Assembly: GCA_049430665.1 (NCBI GenBank)
Contig: JBMTCG010000003.1
Span: forward strand, 28,022-92,021
DNA: 64,000 nt
Direction of reading: 5' to 3'
Source of the DNA: Flavobacteriales bacterium
GTDB lineage: Bacteria; Bacteroidota; Bacteroidia; Flavobacteriales_C; GCA-002722245
Positions 28,718-38,512 of the stretch are shown here, in pieces; position 1 is the first letter of the stretch; each line of letters starts with the position of its first letter. The position numbers and the translations under genes are program-made. Below the pieces are notes generated by a model that saw only the letters and a list, made by a program, of their open reading frames with translations, searched no databases and was not told where the DNA came from.

Positions 28718-31700
28718 TTGGTTATTTTAGTGCAAGAACAAATGAGCGAAGAAATACAAAATACAATTCCTAATAAAAAAGGCAAATGGTGGAAACGACT
28801 TTTGTTTGGGTTTGCTGTTTTTCTTTTACTGGTAATTGCTTTGGCCTACGGTATTTTTAAAAGTGCCACCTTTCAAACTTATTTGGTTCAAAAAATTGCC
28901 AATTACATCAATAAAGACCATCGTTCTAAAATCAGTTTAGAAGGTGTTGATATCAAATTTTTAGATAGTGCTTTGGCGTTAGATGGCGTTTTAGTGAAAG
29001 ATTATAGAGGCGACACCTTACTGTTTGTGAACGAACTGGTTTTTGATATCCACAGCTTTGGTATCGACAAGCATTTTGTTGATTCGCGCTTACTTAAATT
29101 GAACCAAGGTTTGATGGATATTAAGGTGTATAAAGGTGACACCATCAATACATTTTCCTTTTTCTTGAGTGAATGGATTGATAAGAATGATACCACACCA
29201 TCACCGCAATGGAGCATCTATTCTAAACAATTGGCGCTTAACAAAATCGACTTTCGTTTTAGCAATGAGAATATTGCACCAACTCCTAATGGCGTTGATT
29301 TTAATCACCTTGATTTGAAAAATATTAATGGAGAGATATGTAGTCTTCGTTTTGCAGGCGATAGTTTAATGGCTAAAATAAGTAAGCTGAGTTTGCGTGA
29401 AAAAAGCGGATTTTCTTTGTATCAGCTTAATGCAGAAGTGAAAAATTCATCTAAAGAGTTGTCGCTACAAAATGTAGATATTTCTTTCAACCGTTCTTTT
29501 TTTAAGGGAAATATTGCTTTTAAATACAACGATTATTTTGCTTACGCCGATTTTATCAATAAGGTAAAAATGAAAATTTTGGTGCTTAAATCAGATGTTT
29601 TGATGAGCGACATTGGTTTTTTTGTGCCCTCTCTAATTGGCTGGAATGAGCATGTTAAACTACAAGGAACCGTTGCGGGTAGAGTAAGTTCTTTGCACTT
29701 GAATGATGTTTTTTTGGGGGTTGGTGACAATACCATACTTAACGGAACAGTGGAGATGGATGGCTTACCTGCCATTGAAAATACTTTTATTTATGCCGAC
29801 TTACACGAGTTTACTTCCGATTATGATGACTTAAGTAATCTCACTTTTCCTATGGGCGACCGTTTTGAAAGTATAGAGATTCCTGCCATGGTGCGTACTT
29901 TAGGAACCATTAATTTTAGTGGTGAGTTTACAGGATTCATAAACGAATTTGTGGCCAACGGTAAATTAAAAACCAAGCTGGGTGAGGTGTTTAGCGATGT
30001 GCAGTTAAGCGTTAACAAAAAAACAGGACACCGATTGGATGGCTATATTAATGTTCCTTCTTTTGAGTTGGGCCGACTGCTCTCCAACAATTTACTAGGT
30101 AAAGTGAGCGTAAATGGTACTACCAAAATCAATTTTGGAAATTCTCCTAACGCTACCTTCGATGGTAATATTCATTCTTTCGATTTCAATGGATACAACT
30201 ACAAACACATCAAAGTTGATGCATCTGCTCACGATCAATATTTTGCGGGTGTGCTCTCTGTAAAAGATAAAAATCTCGATTTCGATTTTGATGGAGAGGT
30301 AAATGTTAAGAGAGACAGCGTGGTCTACAATTTTAATACACGTTTGAATAAAGCAAATTTAACCCGACTCCATTTGCTTGATAGAGATACCAGTTTATCG
30401 GTTTCCGCTATTGCCACAGTGAACTTATCGGGTAATTCTATCGATGAAATTAGAGGTAAAGCTATTTTAGATAGTGTGCGTTGGAAAGAGGGAATGTTCG
30501 ATGAAGACTTCGGTAAAGTTCAATTTCTTACTTCTCAAAATAGATATGGTCGTCGGCTAGACCTAAGTAGCAAGGTAGCCGATGTTTCGGTGTGGGGCGA
30601 TTTTAGTATCGAAAAATTACCCGATTTGGTGGTGCATTATTTTCAACAATTTGCTCGCGAGGTTTTACCTCAAAAGGTAATGGTTCAAAAAAATCAGAAT
30701 GTAAACATCAGTTTTAAAATAGATGATTTTAAACAGATTCAACGTTTGTTCTTGCCCGATGTTTATTTAGAAAAAAATACAGAAGCGCTGTTTAGGTATT
30801 CTGATAAAAGCGGATTGCTGTTCGATTTGTATACCGACAGTTCTTCTTTTCCTGGCTTTAATGTGAAACAGGTTTCTTTGTCTTCAAAGCCTAACCTACA
30901 AGGTGCATATTCTCTTGAGTTAACAGCCGAAAAAATTTATCCAGGCAACAAAATTCCACTCAATCATTTCGATTTTAAATTTACGGTGGCTCAAAATACT
31001 GCCGACTTCACTTGCGATTGGAATAACGATTCCGATTCTCTTAAAAACGATGCGCACATTGGCGCGAACGCGGTGTTTAAATCTATAGATAGCGTCTCCT
31101 TAAATTTTAATGATACTTACTTTCATTTGCAAAACCGCTTGTGGAAACTTAACAAAGAAAATAGTATAGTGTGGAATTCTAGCGCGGGTGAAATCAATAA
31201 TCTTCAATTGAGTATGAACGACAAAACATTGTTTGTTCAAGGTAAATTGGGCTCTAAAGACAACGATGTTTTGCGTCTCGATTTCAATGGCGTTTCTATA
31301 GAATTTTTAAAGTTGGTATTGCCTTCGGTTAAAGTTACGGGAAGCGTTACAGGTAATGTTGATGTAGCATCGGTACTTAGCAATCCTAAAGTAAACTCAT
31401 CGCTTATTCTTAAAGATTTGGTGATGAACAATCAGCCTTTTGGAGAAACCGTTATCAATACTTCTTATTCTTTTGAAGAACAAAAAATAGGGGTAGATCT
31501 TAAAGTAAAAAGAATCACGGGTGGAAATGATGCCGATGGTTATTTGTTAAAGCTAGCGGGCGATTATTTTCCGTTTAAAGAGAAAGATCAACTCAATTGT
31601 GAAATCGATTTTAAAAACTTTAGAATCTCCTTGTTACAACCTTATTTCGATGGGGTCTTATCTGGTATCAACAAAGCCAAAGTTTACGGAAAGCTTAATG

Positions 31701-33214
31701 TTACGGGGGAATTAGAGAGTCCGGTTGTTTTAGGTGAACTTCAATTTAAAGATTTTGCACCTACCATCGACTACCTAAATGTTGCCTACGATTTAAACGA
31801 TAAAGTGTATTTTAAAGAAGATGGAATTTACTTCGAGAATTTTACCGTGAAGGCATTTGCTCCGTATTACAATGCGGTGAAAAATGAAGGAATCGGACAC
31901 ATCAACGGCGTTATTACACACAACCGTTTTCACGATTTTTATTTCAACTTAAGTATTGATGCTAAAAAATTAATGGCACTCAATACCGATTTGTCGCACA
32001 ACAAAAATTACTACGGAAAAGCTTTTGTGAGCGGTGATATTATGATTGGGGGATCTCCATCAAACATTATTATGTACGCCAATTTAAGCACCGAAAAATA
32101 TGAACGATCTTTCAATAGTGTGGATTATACCGTATTGGTTTTACCGCTCGATCAACAAGAAGATGTGCCTATGTTCGATTTTGTTGAGTTCGCAAATCCT
32201 AAAGACACAATCAAAAAAGTGAGCGGAGTGAGAAATATGTTAGATGTTCCATGGTTAGATATGGCTTTAGATATTCATGTAACGCCAGATGCCAGAGTTG
32301 AACTGATTTTCGATTCGCGTGTGGGCGACGAAATAATTGCGCAGGGTAATGCCGATATGCAATTTCAAATAAATACCAATGGTAAGTTTACCATGAATGG
32401 TGTTTACGAAGTGGAAAAAGGAGAATACTTTTTTACCGTAAAAAACTTCTTGGGTAAAAAATTTAAGGTGAGTCAGGGCGGTACAGTCGCTTGGCACGGC
32501 GACCCCATGGAGGCCGATGTCGATTTGAAAGCTTTATATACCCTGCGCACACGAGTGAGCACCATCATGGACCCTATAAAATACACGCCTGCTCAAATAG
32601 AAGAAATGAATACCAATGTTCCGGTAGATGTGGTGATGTACATGAAAGGCAATTTATGGAAACCTACTACCTCATTAGATTTAGAGCTAAACAATGCCAA
32701 TGCGCATGCTACAGAGATAGTGGCCGACAATATTATTGGTGAAAGTGAAAAGGCAAAGCAGGCGGTTTCGCTACTTATGCAAGGTGCGTTTATCATTCCC
32801 GATAACTCAGCATCGGGTTCGTCGGTGCTTAGTGCTGGGTTGTCGAATGCGGGTCAGTTTATCACCGGACAAGTAAATAACTACTTATCTCAAATTACAG
32901 GAGAAGCCATCAATGTTGGTTTCGATTACAATGGCGCATCAGATAGTTTATCCACCGTGAGTATGAACGTAAGTAAAAATTTATACAACGATAAACTAGT
33001 GGTTTCAGGAACTTTCGATTTGGGTAAAGACGCCTCAGATATGGAAGTTCAGTACAAAATAACCAAAGATGTTACTGTAAAAGCTTTTCGTAAATCACAA
33101 CAAAATCAAAAAGACCAAGAGGGTTCTGTACCTACGCAAGGGGCCAGCGTTTTCATTCGCAAAGAATTCGATACCTTAAAAGAATTGTTTACTCGAAAGA
33201 AAAAGGAGAAATAA
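28718..33214 (+). CDS. tamB: translocation and assembly module TamB-like / AsmA-family giant envelope protein
   Basis: 1498 aa. Single N-terminal TM anchor (WWKRLLFGFAVFLLLVIALAYGIF), long beta-rich body, DUF490-like C-terminal region. Divergent from the PKD gene. Confidence 0.7.
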   Translation: MVILVQEQMSEEIQNTIPNKKGKWWKRLLFGFAVFLLLVIALAYGIFKSATFQTYLVQKIANYINKDHRSKISLEGVDIKFLDSALALDGVLVKDYRGDTLLFVNELVFDIHSFGIDKHFVDSRLLKLNQGLMDIKVYKGDTINTFSFFLSEWIDKNDTTPSPQWSIYSKQLALNKIDFRFSNENIAPTPNGVDFNHLDLKNINGEICSLRFAGDSLMAKISKLSLREKSGFSLYQLNAEVKNSSKELSLQNVDISFNRSFFKGNIAFKYNDYFAYADFINKVKMKILVLKSDVLMSDIGFFVPSLIGWNEHVKLQGTVAGRVSSLHLNDVFLGVGDNTILNGTVEMDGLPAIENTFIYADLHEFTSDYDDLSNLTFPMGDRFESIEIPAMVRTLGTINFSGEFTGFINEFVANGKLKTKLGEVFSDVQLSVNKKTGHRLDGYINVPSFELGRLLSNNLLGKVSVNGTTKINFGNSPNATFDGNIHSFDFNGYNYKHIKVDASAHDQYFAGVLSVKDKNLDFDFDGEVNVKRDSVVYNFNTRLNKANLTRLHLLDRDTSLSVSAIATVNLSGNSIDEIRGKAILDSVRWKEGMFDEDFGKVQFLTSQNRYGRRLDLSSKVADVSVWGDFSIEKLPDLVVHYFQQFAREVLPQKVMVQKNQNVNISFKIDDFKQIQRLFLPDVYLEKNTEALFRYSDKSGLLFDLYTDSSSFPGFNVKQVSLSSKPNLQGAYSLELTAEKIYPGNKIPLNHFDFKFTVAQNTADFTCDWNNDSDSLKNDAHIGANAVFKSIDSVSLNFNDTYFHLQNRLWKLNKENSIVWNSSAGEINNLQLSMNDKTLFVQGKLGSKDNDVLRLDFNGVSIEFLKLVLPSVKVTGSVTGNVDVASVLSNPKVNSSLILKDLVMNNQPFGETVINTSYSFEEQKIGVDLKVKRITGGNDADGYLLKLAGDYFPFKEKDQLNCEIDFKNFRISLLQPYFDGVLSGINKAKVYGKLNVTGELESPVVLGELQFKDFAPTIDYLNVAYDLNDKVYFKEDGIYFENFTVKAFAPYYNAVKNEGIGHINGVITHNRFHDFYFNLSIDAKKLMALNTDLSHNKNYYGKAFVSGDIMIGGSPSNIIMYANLSTEKYERSFNSVDYTVLVLPLDQQEDVPMFDFVEFANPKDTIKKVSGVRNMLDVPWLDMALDIHVTPDARVELIFDSRVGDEIIAQGNADMQFQINTNGKFTMNGVYEVEKGEYFFTVKNFLGKKFKVSQGGTVAWHGDPMEADVDLKALYTLRTRVSTIMDPIKYTPAQIEEMNTNVPVDVVMYMKGNLWKPTTSLDLELNNANAHATEIVADNIIGESEKAKQAVSLLMQGAFIIPDNSASGSSVLSAGLSNAGQFITGQVNNYLSQITGEAINVGFDYNGASDSLSTVSMNVSKNLYNDKLVVSGTFDLGKDASDMEVQYKITKDVTVKAFRKSQQNQKDQEGSVPTQGASVFIRKEFDTLKELFTRKKKEK

Positions 33215-33388
33215 AAATCGATATGTCACTTTTTAATTTTTCTGCGTTACTATAAAAAGTAGCCTATGGAAAAGGGAGCTGAAAACAAATTCGAAATCAT
33301 TTTTTTATTGGGAATAGGCGTTGCTATCGTAGTGCTGTCATTTTGTTAGCGCTATTGAAAACACTCTATTTATACTTACCTTTAGCGC

Positions 33389-34618
33389 ATGCAAAAGGTA
33401 TTGTTTATTGGGGCTGTGTGGCCCGAACCCAAATCATCGGCTGGCGGTATTCGCATGATGCAATTGCTGCATATGTTCTTGCGCAACCATTGGCAAATTA
33501 CTTTTGCTTCGTCGGCGGCAGATAGCGAGTTTGCCGAGGATATCATTTCGCTTGGTATCGATAAAGTAAGCATTGAATTGAACAATTCTTCTTTCGATGA
33601 ATTCGTAAAAAAACTCAATCCTAACGTAGTTGTTTTCGATAGATTTATGAGCGAAGAACAATATGGATGGAGAGTGGCCGAAAATGTGCCCAATGCTTTA
33701 CGAATTATAGAAACCATCGATTTGCATTGCTTGCGAACTTCCCGACAAGAGATGTTGAAATCAGGAGAGAATTTAGCCAGTACTCTTTTAAAAAACGATA
33801 CCGCAAAAAGAGAATTGGCCTGTTATTTTAGAAGTGATTTGAATTTGATTATCTCCGATGAAGAGATTCCTATTTTACAAAATGTATTTCGATTTCCATT
33901 AGAACAACTGTACTATTTACCATATAAAATACCTTCGTTAAGCGCTGAAGAAAAAAACAATCTTACTTCATTTGAAGAGCGCGAACATTTTGTAACCATT
34001 GGTAATTTTAAACACGAACCCAACTGGGATTCTGTGCGCTATTTAAAAGAAACCATATGGCCTTTGATTCGCGCTAAAATGCCGCAAGCACAATTGCATG
34101 TGTATGGTTCTTATGCTGGCGCAAAGGTTTTACAGCTGCATAAACCGAGTGAAGGTTTTCATGTTTTAGGTAGGGCAGAAGATGCTTTGGCGGTGATGAA
34201 AAAAGCACGTGTTTGTTTGGCTCCTTTGCGTTTTGGTGCAGGCATTAAAGGTAAATTGGCAGAGGCGATGTTATGCGGAACACCAAGCGTAACAACAGCT
34301 GTAGGGGCAGAAGGCCTAAGTGGTGATATGCCTTGGAATGGAATAATAACAGAAGATGTGAATGCTTTTGTAGACGCGGCAGTAGAGTTCTATCAAGATA
34401 AAAACAAATTTAATGAAGCTCAGCAAAACGGATTTTCCATCATAGAAAAACGATTTGAAACTTTTCAAAAAGAGCAAGATTTCATTACGCACATCAATCA
34501 TTTGCTACAAAATCTACAAGAACACCGCAGCAAGAATTTCGTGGGTTCTATGCTCATGCATCATACTTTACAAAGCACAAAGTATTTGTCGAAATGGATA
34601 GAGGAGAAGAATAAATAG
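33389..34618 (+). CDS. glycosyltransferase family 1/4 (GT-B)
   Basis: 409 aa. C-terminal GT1 sugar-donor motif region ...PLRFGAGIKGKLAEAMLCGTPSVTT... Confidence 0.7.
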   Translation: MQKVLFIGAVWPEPKSSAGGIRMMQLLHMFLRNHWQITFASSAADSEFAEDIISLGIDKVSIELNNSSFDEFVKKLNPNVVVFDRFMSEEQYGWRVAENVPNALRIIETIDLHCLRTSRQEMLKSGENLASTLLKNDTAKRELACYFRSDLNLIISDEEIPILQNVFRFPLEQLYYLPYKIPSLSAEEKNNLTSFEEREHFVTIGNFKHEPNWDSVRYLKETIWPLIRAKMPQAQLHVYGSYAGAKVLQLHKPSEGFHVLGRAEDALAVMKKARVCLAPLRFGAGIKGKLAEAMLCGTPSVTTAVGAEGLSGDMPWNGIITEDVNAFVDAAVEFYQDKNKFNEAQQNGFSIIEKRFETFQKEQDFITHINHLLQNLQEHRSKNFVGSMLMHHTLQSTKYLSKWIEEKNK

Positions 34619-34686
34619 GTATATAGAAAATGTACTTTAATTATTGAACCTCTGCAGCACTGACGGACTAGGTAAAAAGAAATAGA

Positions 34687-35355
34687 TTAAAACTTCGCGC
34701 TAATACTCAAGCCCATTCCTGGCGAGTTATAATAAGAAAAAGAAGAGATGTAGGTTGGTTGAACATGAAAAGACAAGTCGTAGCTCACGTTGAAGTTGTA
34801 CAAGTGGCCGTCTACTGAAGCGTCTAGCACATTACACATGTAAAGAATACCCAAAAAGAAGAAAGATAAATCGCGGCTTCTTCTATAGGAATCGTTTTCG
34901 GTTTGAAATTGGGCTTCGCTCAACAAACTCAATTCATCTGCATCTAAATTGGTGGCAATGTTTCTGTATTTATGTGTGGTGGCGAAATGCATGAAATCGG
35001 CATTCGTTTTTTGTCCGTTAGTAATAGCATTTTTAATGATCAAGCCATCATGCCAAAATTTGTAATATCGAGTGTTGTTGTAAGCCAAATAACCAACTCC
35101 ACCCAGTATCCCATAAACGATGGGTACTTTCCAATATTTACGGTTGTAAACTTGCCCGAGTCCGGGAACTATTGCCGACAACATCGCCGCTTTTTTAGGC
35201 GAATGGTCTTCATTTCTTTTGCGAACTACAGATTGTTTTTCTTGAACAGGTTGAAAAGCGGTAGTATCTGTCTTCGTGCTATCAGTATCTATAGTGGTTT
35301 GCGCCGAAAGTGCAATAGATAAAAAACACAAAAGATATGTCGCCCAAAAACGCAC
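34687..35355 (-). CDS. DUF5683-domain protein (conserved downstream partner of parAB in Bacteroidetes)
   Basis: 222 aa. Signal peptide, then SAIVPGLGQVYNRKYWKVPIVYGILGGVGYLAYNN, characteristic of DUF5683. Immediately downstream of parB on the same strand. Confidence 0.5.
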   Translation of the reverse strand: MRFWATYLLCFLSIALSAQTTIDTDSTKTDTTAFQPVQEKQSVVRKRNEDHSPKKAAMLSAIVPGLGQVYNRKYWKVPIVYGILGGVGYLAYNNTRYYKFWHDGLIIKNAITNGQKTNADFMHFATTHKYRNIATNLDADELSLLSEAQFQTENDSYRRSRDLSFFFLGILYMCNVLDASVDGHLYNFNVSYDLSFHVQPTYISSFSYYNSPGMGLSISAKF

Positions 35356-35357
35356 TG

Positions 35358-36263
35358 CTATAAACCCAAAAGGTCTTTAATTCTTATTAAATCTTGTTCA
35401 GATTTGAACGGAATAACAATGTTTCCATTGCCTTCGGGATTCTTTTTTAGTTTTATTTTATTGCCAAACAAGGCGCTTAAATCTTCTTTTAGTTTTTGTT
35501 CATCGAAAGACAAACCAGCACCTTTTTTCTTAGAAGCGGGAGCAGCAGGTTGTTCTTCGCCAGTTTGACGAGCCAATTCCTCAACCTTACGAACGCTTAA
35601 GTTTTCGGCTACTATTTTTCTGAAGATGTACAACAACACATCTTCATCATCAATAGCCAACAAAGCGCGGGCGTGGCCCATGGTGATCTCTTGTGCTTTT
35701 AATGAAGCTTGAATTTGAGCAGGTAATTTCAATAAACGAAGGTAGTTGGCTGTTGTAGAACGGTTTTTGCCAACACGTTCGCCTAACTCTTCTTGCGTTA
35801 AATGACATTCGTCTATCAAACGTTTGTAGCTTAAAGCAACTTCAATAGGGTTTAATTCCTGGCGTTGAATATTCTCTACCAAGGCCATTTCTAGCATAGC
35901 CTGATCGTTGGCAATGCGAATGTAAGCAGGTATTTCAGTCAAACCGGCAACTTGAGAAGCTCTAAATCTTCTCTCACCAGAGATAATTTGAAACTTATCG
36001 TAGCCCAGTTTTCTAACCGTGATGGGCTGAATAATGCCCAATTCTTTAATAGATTGTGCCAACTCTAAAAGAGCCTCTTTCTCAAACTCGGTTCGAGGTT
36101 GAAACGGGTTGGCCTCAATGTGTTCAACACGAATATTGGCGATGCTTCCAGCAGTTTGGTTGGCTTTATCGGCAGGCAAACTCGATGTGATATCGGTACC
36201 TGAGTTTTCTAATAGGGAGCTTAAGCCGCGACCTAAAGAACTATTTTTTTTAATTGAGCTCAT
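35358..36263 (-). CDS. parB: chromosome partitioning protein ParB
   Basis: 301 aa. ParB box (IQPITVRK...GERRFRAS) and HTH region. Overlaps parA. Confidence 0.85.
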   Translation of the reverse strand: MSSIKKNSSLGRGLSSLLENSGTDITSSLPADKANQTAGSIANIRVEHIEANPFQPRTEFEKEALLELAQSIKELGIIQPITVRKLGYDKFQIISGERRFRASQVAGLTEIPAYIRIANDQAMLEMALVENIQRQELNPIEVALSYKRLIDECHLTQEELGERVGKNRSTTANYLRLLKLPAQIQASLKAQEITMGHARALLAIDDEDVLLYIFRKIVAENLSVRKVEELARQTGEEQPAAPASKKKGAGLSFDEQKLKEDLSALFGNKIKLKKNPEGNGNIVIPFKSEQDLIRIKDLLGL

Positions 36264-37068
36264 CTTCTACATTAATCACTTTATCTTCTTGCGCTATTCT
36301 GGTCATGTTGTTTTTTTGCAACACTTCTCTGGCTAAATTTAAGTAGTTCACCGAACCTTTGCAACTAGCATCGTGTGTTAAAATAGAGTGACCGAAACTT
36401 GGCGCTTCACTCAACTTGGTATTTCTTTGAATAATGGTATCGAAAACCATATCTTGAAAATGCGTTTTAACTTCATCAACTACTTGATTCGACAAGCGTA
36501 AGCGAGTATCATACATCGTTAATAAGATGCCTTCAATGCGCAATTCAGGGTTCAATCGTGATTGCACAATTTTCACGGTATTCAACAATTTACCTAAACC
36601 TTCCAATGCGAAATACTCACATTGAACTGGAATAACCACAGAATCAGATGCTGTAAGTGAGTTAATGGTAATCAAACCCAAAGATGGAGAGCAGTCGATA
36701 ATGATAAAGTCGTAATCATCACGCACCTTATCTAAAGCCAACTTCATCATTTTCTCACGGTTAGGCACATTAATAATTTCTATTTCGGCACCCACTAAAT
36801 CAATATTGGCAGGAATAATATCTACGTTAGGTGTTTCTGTTTTTAAGATAATGTCTTTAGGCTCGGCCTCATTGATGATGCACTCGTAAGTCCCCATTTT
36901 GATGTTGCGAGGGTCGAAACCTAAGCCCGACGTTGAATTGGCTTGCGGATCGGCATCCACCAACAACACCTTTTTTTCAAGCACACCCAAACATGCCGCT
37001 AAATTGATGGCTGTAGTAGTTTTTCCTACACCGCCTTTTTGATTTGTAATCGAAATAATCTTGCCCAT
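36250..37068 (-). CDS. parA: chromosome partitioning ATPase ParA/Soj
   Basis: 272 aa with deviant Walker A KGGVGKTTTAINLAA. Confidence 0.9.
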   Translation of the reverse strand: MGKIISITNQKGGVGKTTTAINLAACLGVLEKKVLLVDADPQANSTSGLGFDPRNIKMGTYECIINEAEPKDIILKTETPNVDIIPANIDLVGAEIEIINVPNREKMMKLALDKVRDDYDFIIIDCSPSLGLITINSLTASDSVVIPVQCEYFALEGLGKLLNTVKIVQSRLNPELRIEGILLTMYDTRLRLSNQVVDEVKTHFQDMVFDTIIQRNTKLSEAPSFGHSILTHDASCKGSVNYLNLAREVLQKNNMTRIAQEDKVINVEDELN

Positions 37069-37212
37069 CTTTTCTCTTATTTATGTCTTCGTTTTCTATT
37101 GCAATATAATGAAAAGTGTTATTGTGCTCTTCATTAAAACTTCTAACTTTGAAATTCTCTGTAAAGGTAGTTCAAAACCGATGTTTTTTACGGAGTAATT
37201 TTAAACATAAAT

Positions 37213-37749
37213 TTGTTAAAGATGAGTGTGATAACAGTGGTTTCGGGCACGAATAGAAAGGGAAGCATGACTTTTCATGTTTCAACCTTAATTCGCGATT
37301 TATTAACAGAGAAGGGTGTTGAGGTGAAGTTGTTGGACTTACAAAATCTGCCTCCCGATTTCCTTTTTACCGCTTTATATGGAAATAAAAACGAGCTTTT
37401 TGAACAAATTGTAAGCGATTATATTTATAGTAGTTCAAAGGTGGTAATGGTTTCGCCTGAGTACAATGGTGGCTTTAGTGGTATTTTGAAAAGTTTTATA
37501 GATGGATGGAATCCTAAGAAGTTAAGCGGACAAAAAGTGGCTTTGGTAGGAGTGGCTTCGGGCCGTTCGGGCAATTTAAGAGGTTTAGATTATCTTACTA
37601 ATGTGTGTCACTACATGAAAATGCCTGTTTATTTCGATAAAGTGCCTGTGTCAAGAGTAGGAGAGTTGGGGAATGAACAAGATGGAATACAGGATGAAGT
37701 TACCAAAAACGTGTTGAGCACGATGTTAGATGGTTTCGTGAAATTCTAA
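37213..37749 (+). CDS. NAD(P)H-dependent FMN reductase-like flavodoxin-fold oxidoreductase
   Basis: 178 aa. N-terminal ITVVSGTNRKGS motif typical of NADPH-dependent FMN reductases. Confidence 0.65.
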   Translation: MLKMSVITVVSGTNRKGSMTFHVSTLIRDLLTEKGVEVKLLDLQNLPPDFLFTALYGNKNELFEQIVSDYIYSSSKVVMVSPEYNGGFSGILKSFIDGWNPKKLSGQKVALVGVASGRSGNLRGLDYLTNVCHYMKMPVYFDKVPVSRVGELGNEQDGIQDEVTKNVLSTMLDGFVKF

Positions 37750-37761
37750 TAGTCTTTGTAG

Positions 37762-37850
37762 AGTCGAAATGCTTTCGTCTTTAAAAGAGTAAATTCCTTT
37801 TACATAAATTTATTGGAAGATTTTCTATTTAAGACGAAAGCATTTCGTCT
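37762..37850. repeat. two copies of a 19-bp palindromic site (AGWCGAAA-N3-TTTCGTCT) in inverted arrangement, 51 bp apart
   Basis: 37762-37780 agtcgaaatgctttcgtct and 37832-37850 agacgaaagcatttcgtct. Each is a 7-8-bp hairpin with a 3-nt loop. The 17-nt core cgaaatgctttcgtctt recurs as a perfect reverse complement. Confidence 0.5.
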
Positions 37851-37864
37851 CTGCGGCAAGACAT

Positions 37865-37898
37865 AAAAAAACTCCAGTCAATCGACTGGAGTTTTTTT
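37865..37898. terminator. bidirectional rho-independent terminator (A7 - ctccagtc/gactggag hairpin - T7)
   Basis: Perfect 8-bp stem with 4-nt loop, flanked by an A-run upstream and a T-run downstream. Sits between convergent genes (37749 end of the + gene, 37917 end of rplS). Confidence 0.7.
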
Positions 37899-37916
37899 AT
37901 TGAATATTTGGTAATA

Positions 37917-38285
37917 CTAAGCCTCAGTAGCGTCAACAGTATTTCTTCTTTCTTTGATTCTTGATTTTTTACCAGTCAATTCTCTTAAGTAGAACAATCT
38001 TGCTCTTCTTACTTTACCTCTCTTATTCACTTCAATTTTCTCGATGATTGGAGAGTTGATTGGGAAAATTCTTTCTACACCTACACCACCAGAAATTTTT
38101 CTAATTGTAAAGGTTTCTGTGATGCCATGACCTCTTTTTTGTAAAACTACTCCTTGAAAAAACTGGGTTCTAGTTTTAGCACCCTCAGTAATTTTATAAT
38201 AAACTGTGATAGTGTCGCCTGCTGAAAAGTCTTGCCATTTCTTGGTTTCCGACAGTTCTAATGTAATCTGTTTCAATAAGTCCAT
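37917..38285 (-). CDS. rplS: 50S ribosomal protein L19
   Basis: 122 aa. MDLLKQI...[21 protein letters not shown]...GVGVERIFP is canonical bL19. Confidence 0.9.
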   Translation of the reverse strand: MDLLKQITLELSETKKWQDFSAGDTITVYYKITEGAKTRTQFFQGVVLQKRGHGITETFTIRKISGGVGVERIFPINSPIIEKIEVNKRGKVRRARLFYLRELTGKKSRIKERRNTVDATEA

Positions 38286-38512
38286 CTCTGTAAAATTTTT
38301 AGCCCCTAAATTGGGGAGGGCAATATTACGAAATAAAAATCAATTTGCAAGACTTTTTTTTAAGTTGTGATTTTCACTATGCGTGGTTGATAAATAGAAG
38401 CTTGGTCTTTACCTCTATATAAGAACAAGCAGTATTTATGCTTCTTATTAGGGGGTATAACTTTCTAGGTAAATGTTCGTAAAACGATTGTCTCTAGTGA
38501 TAAGGCTTTTAG

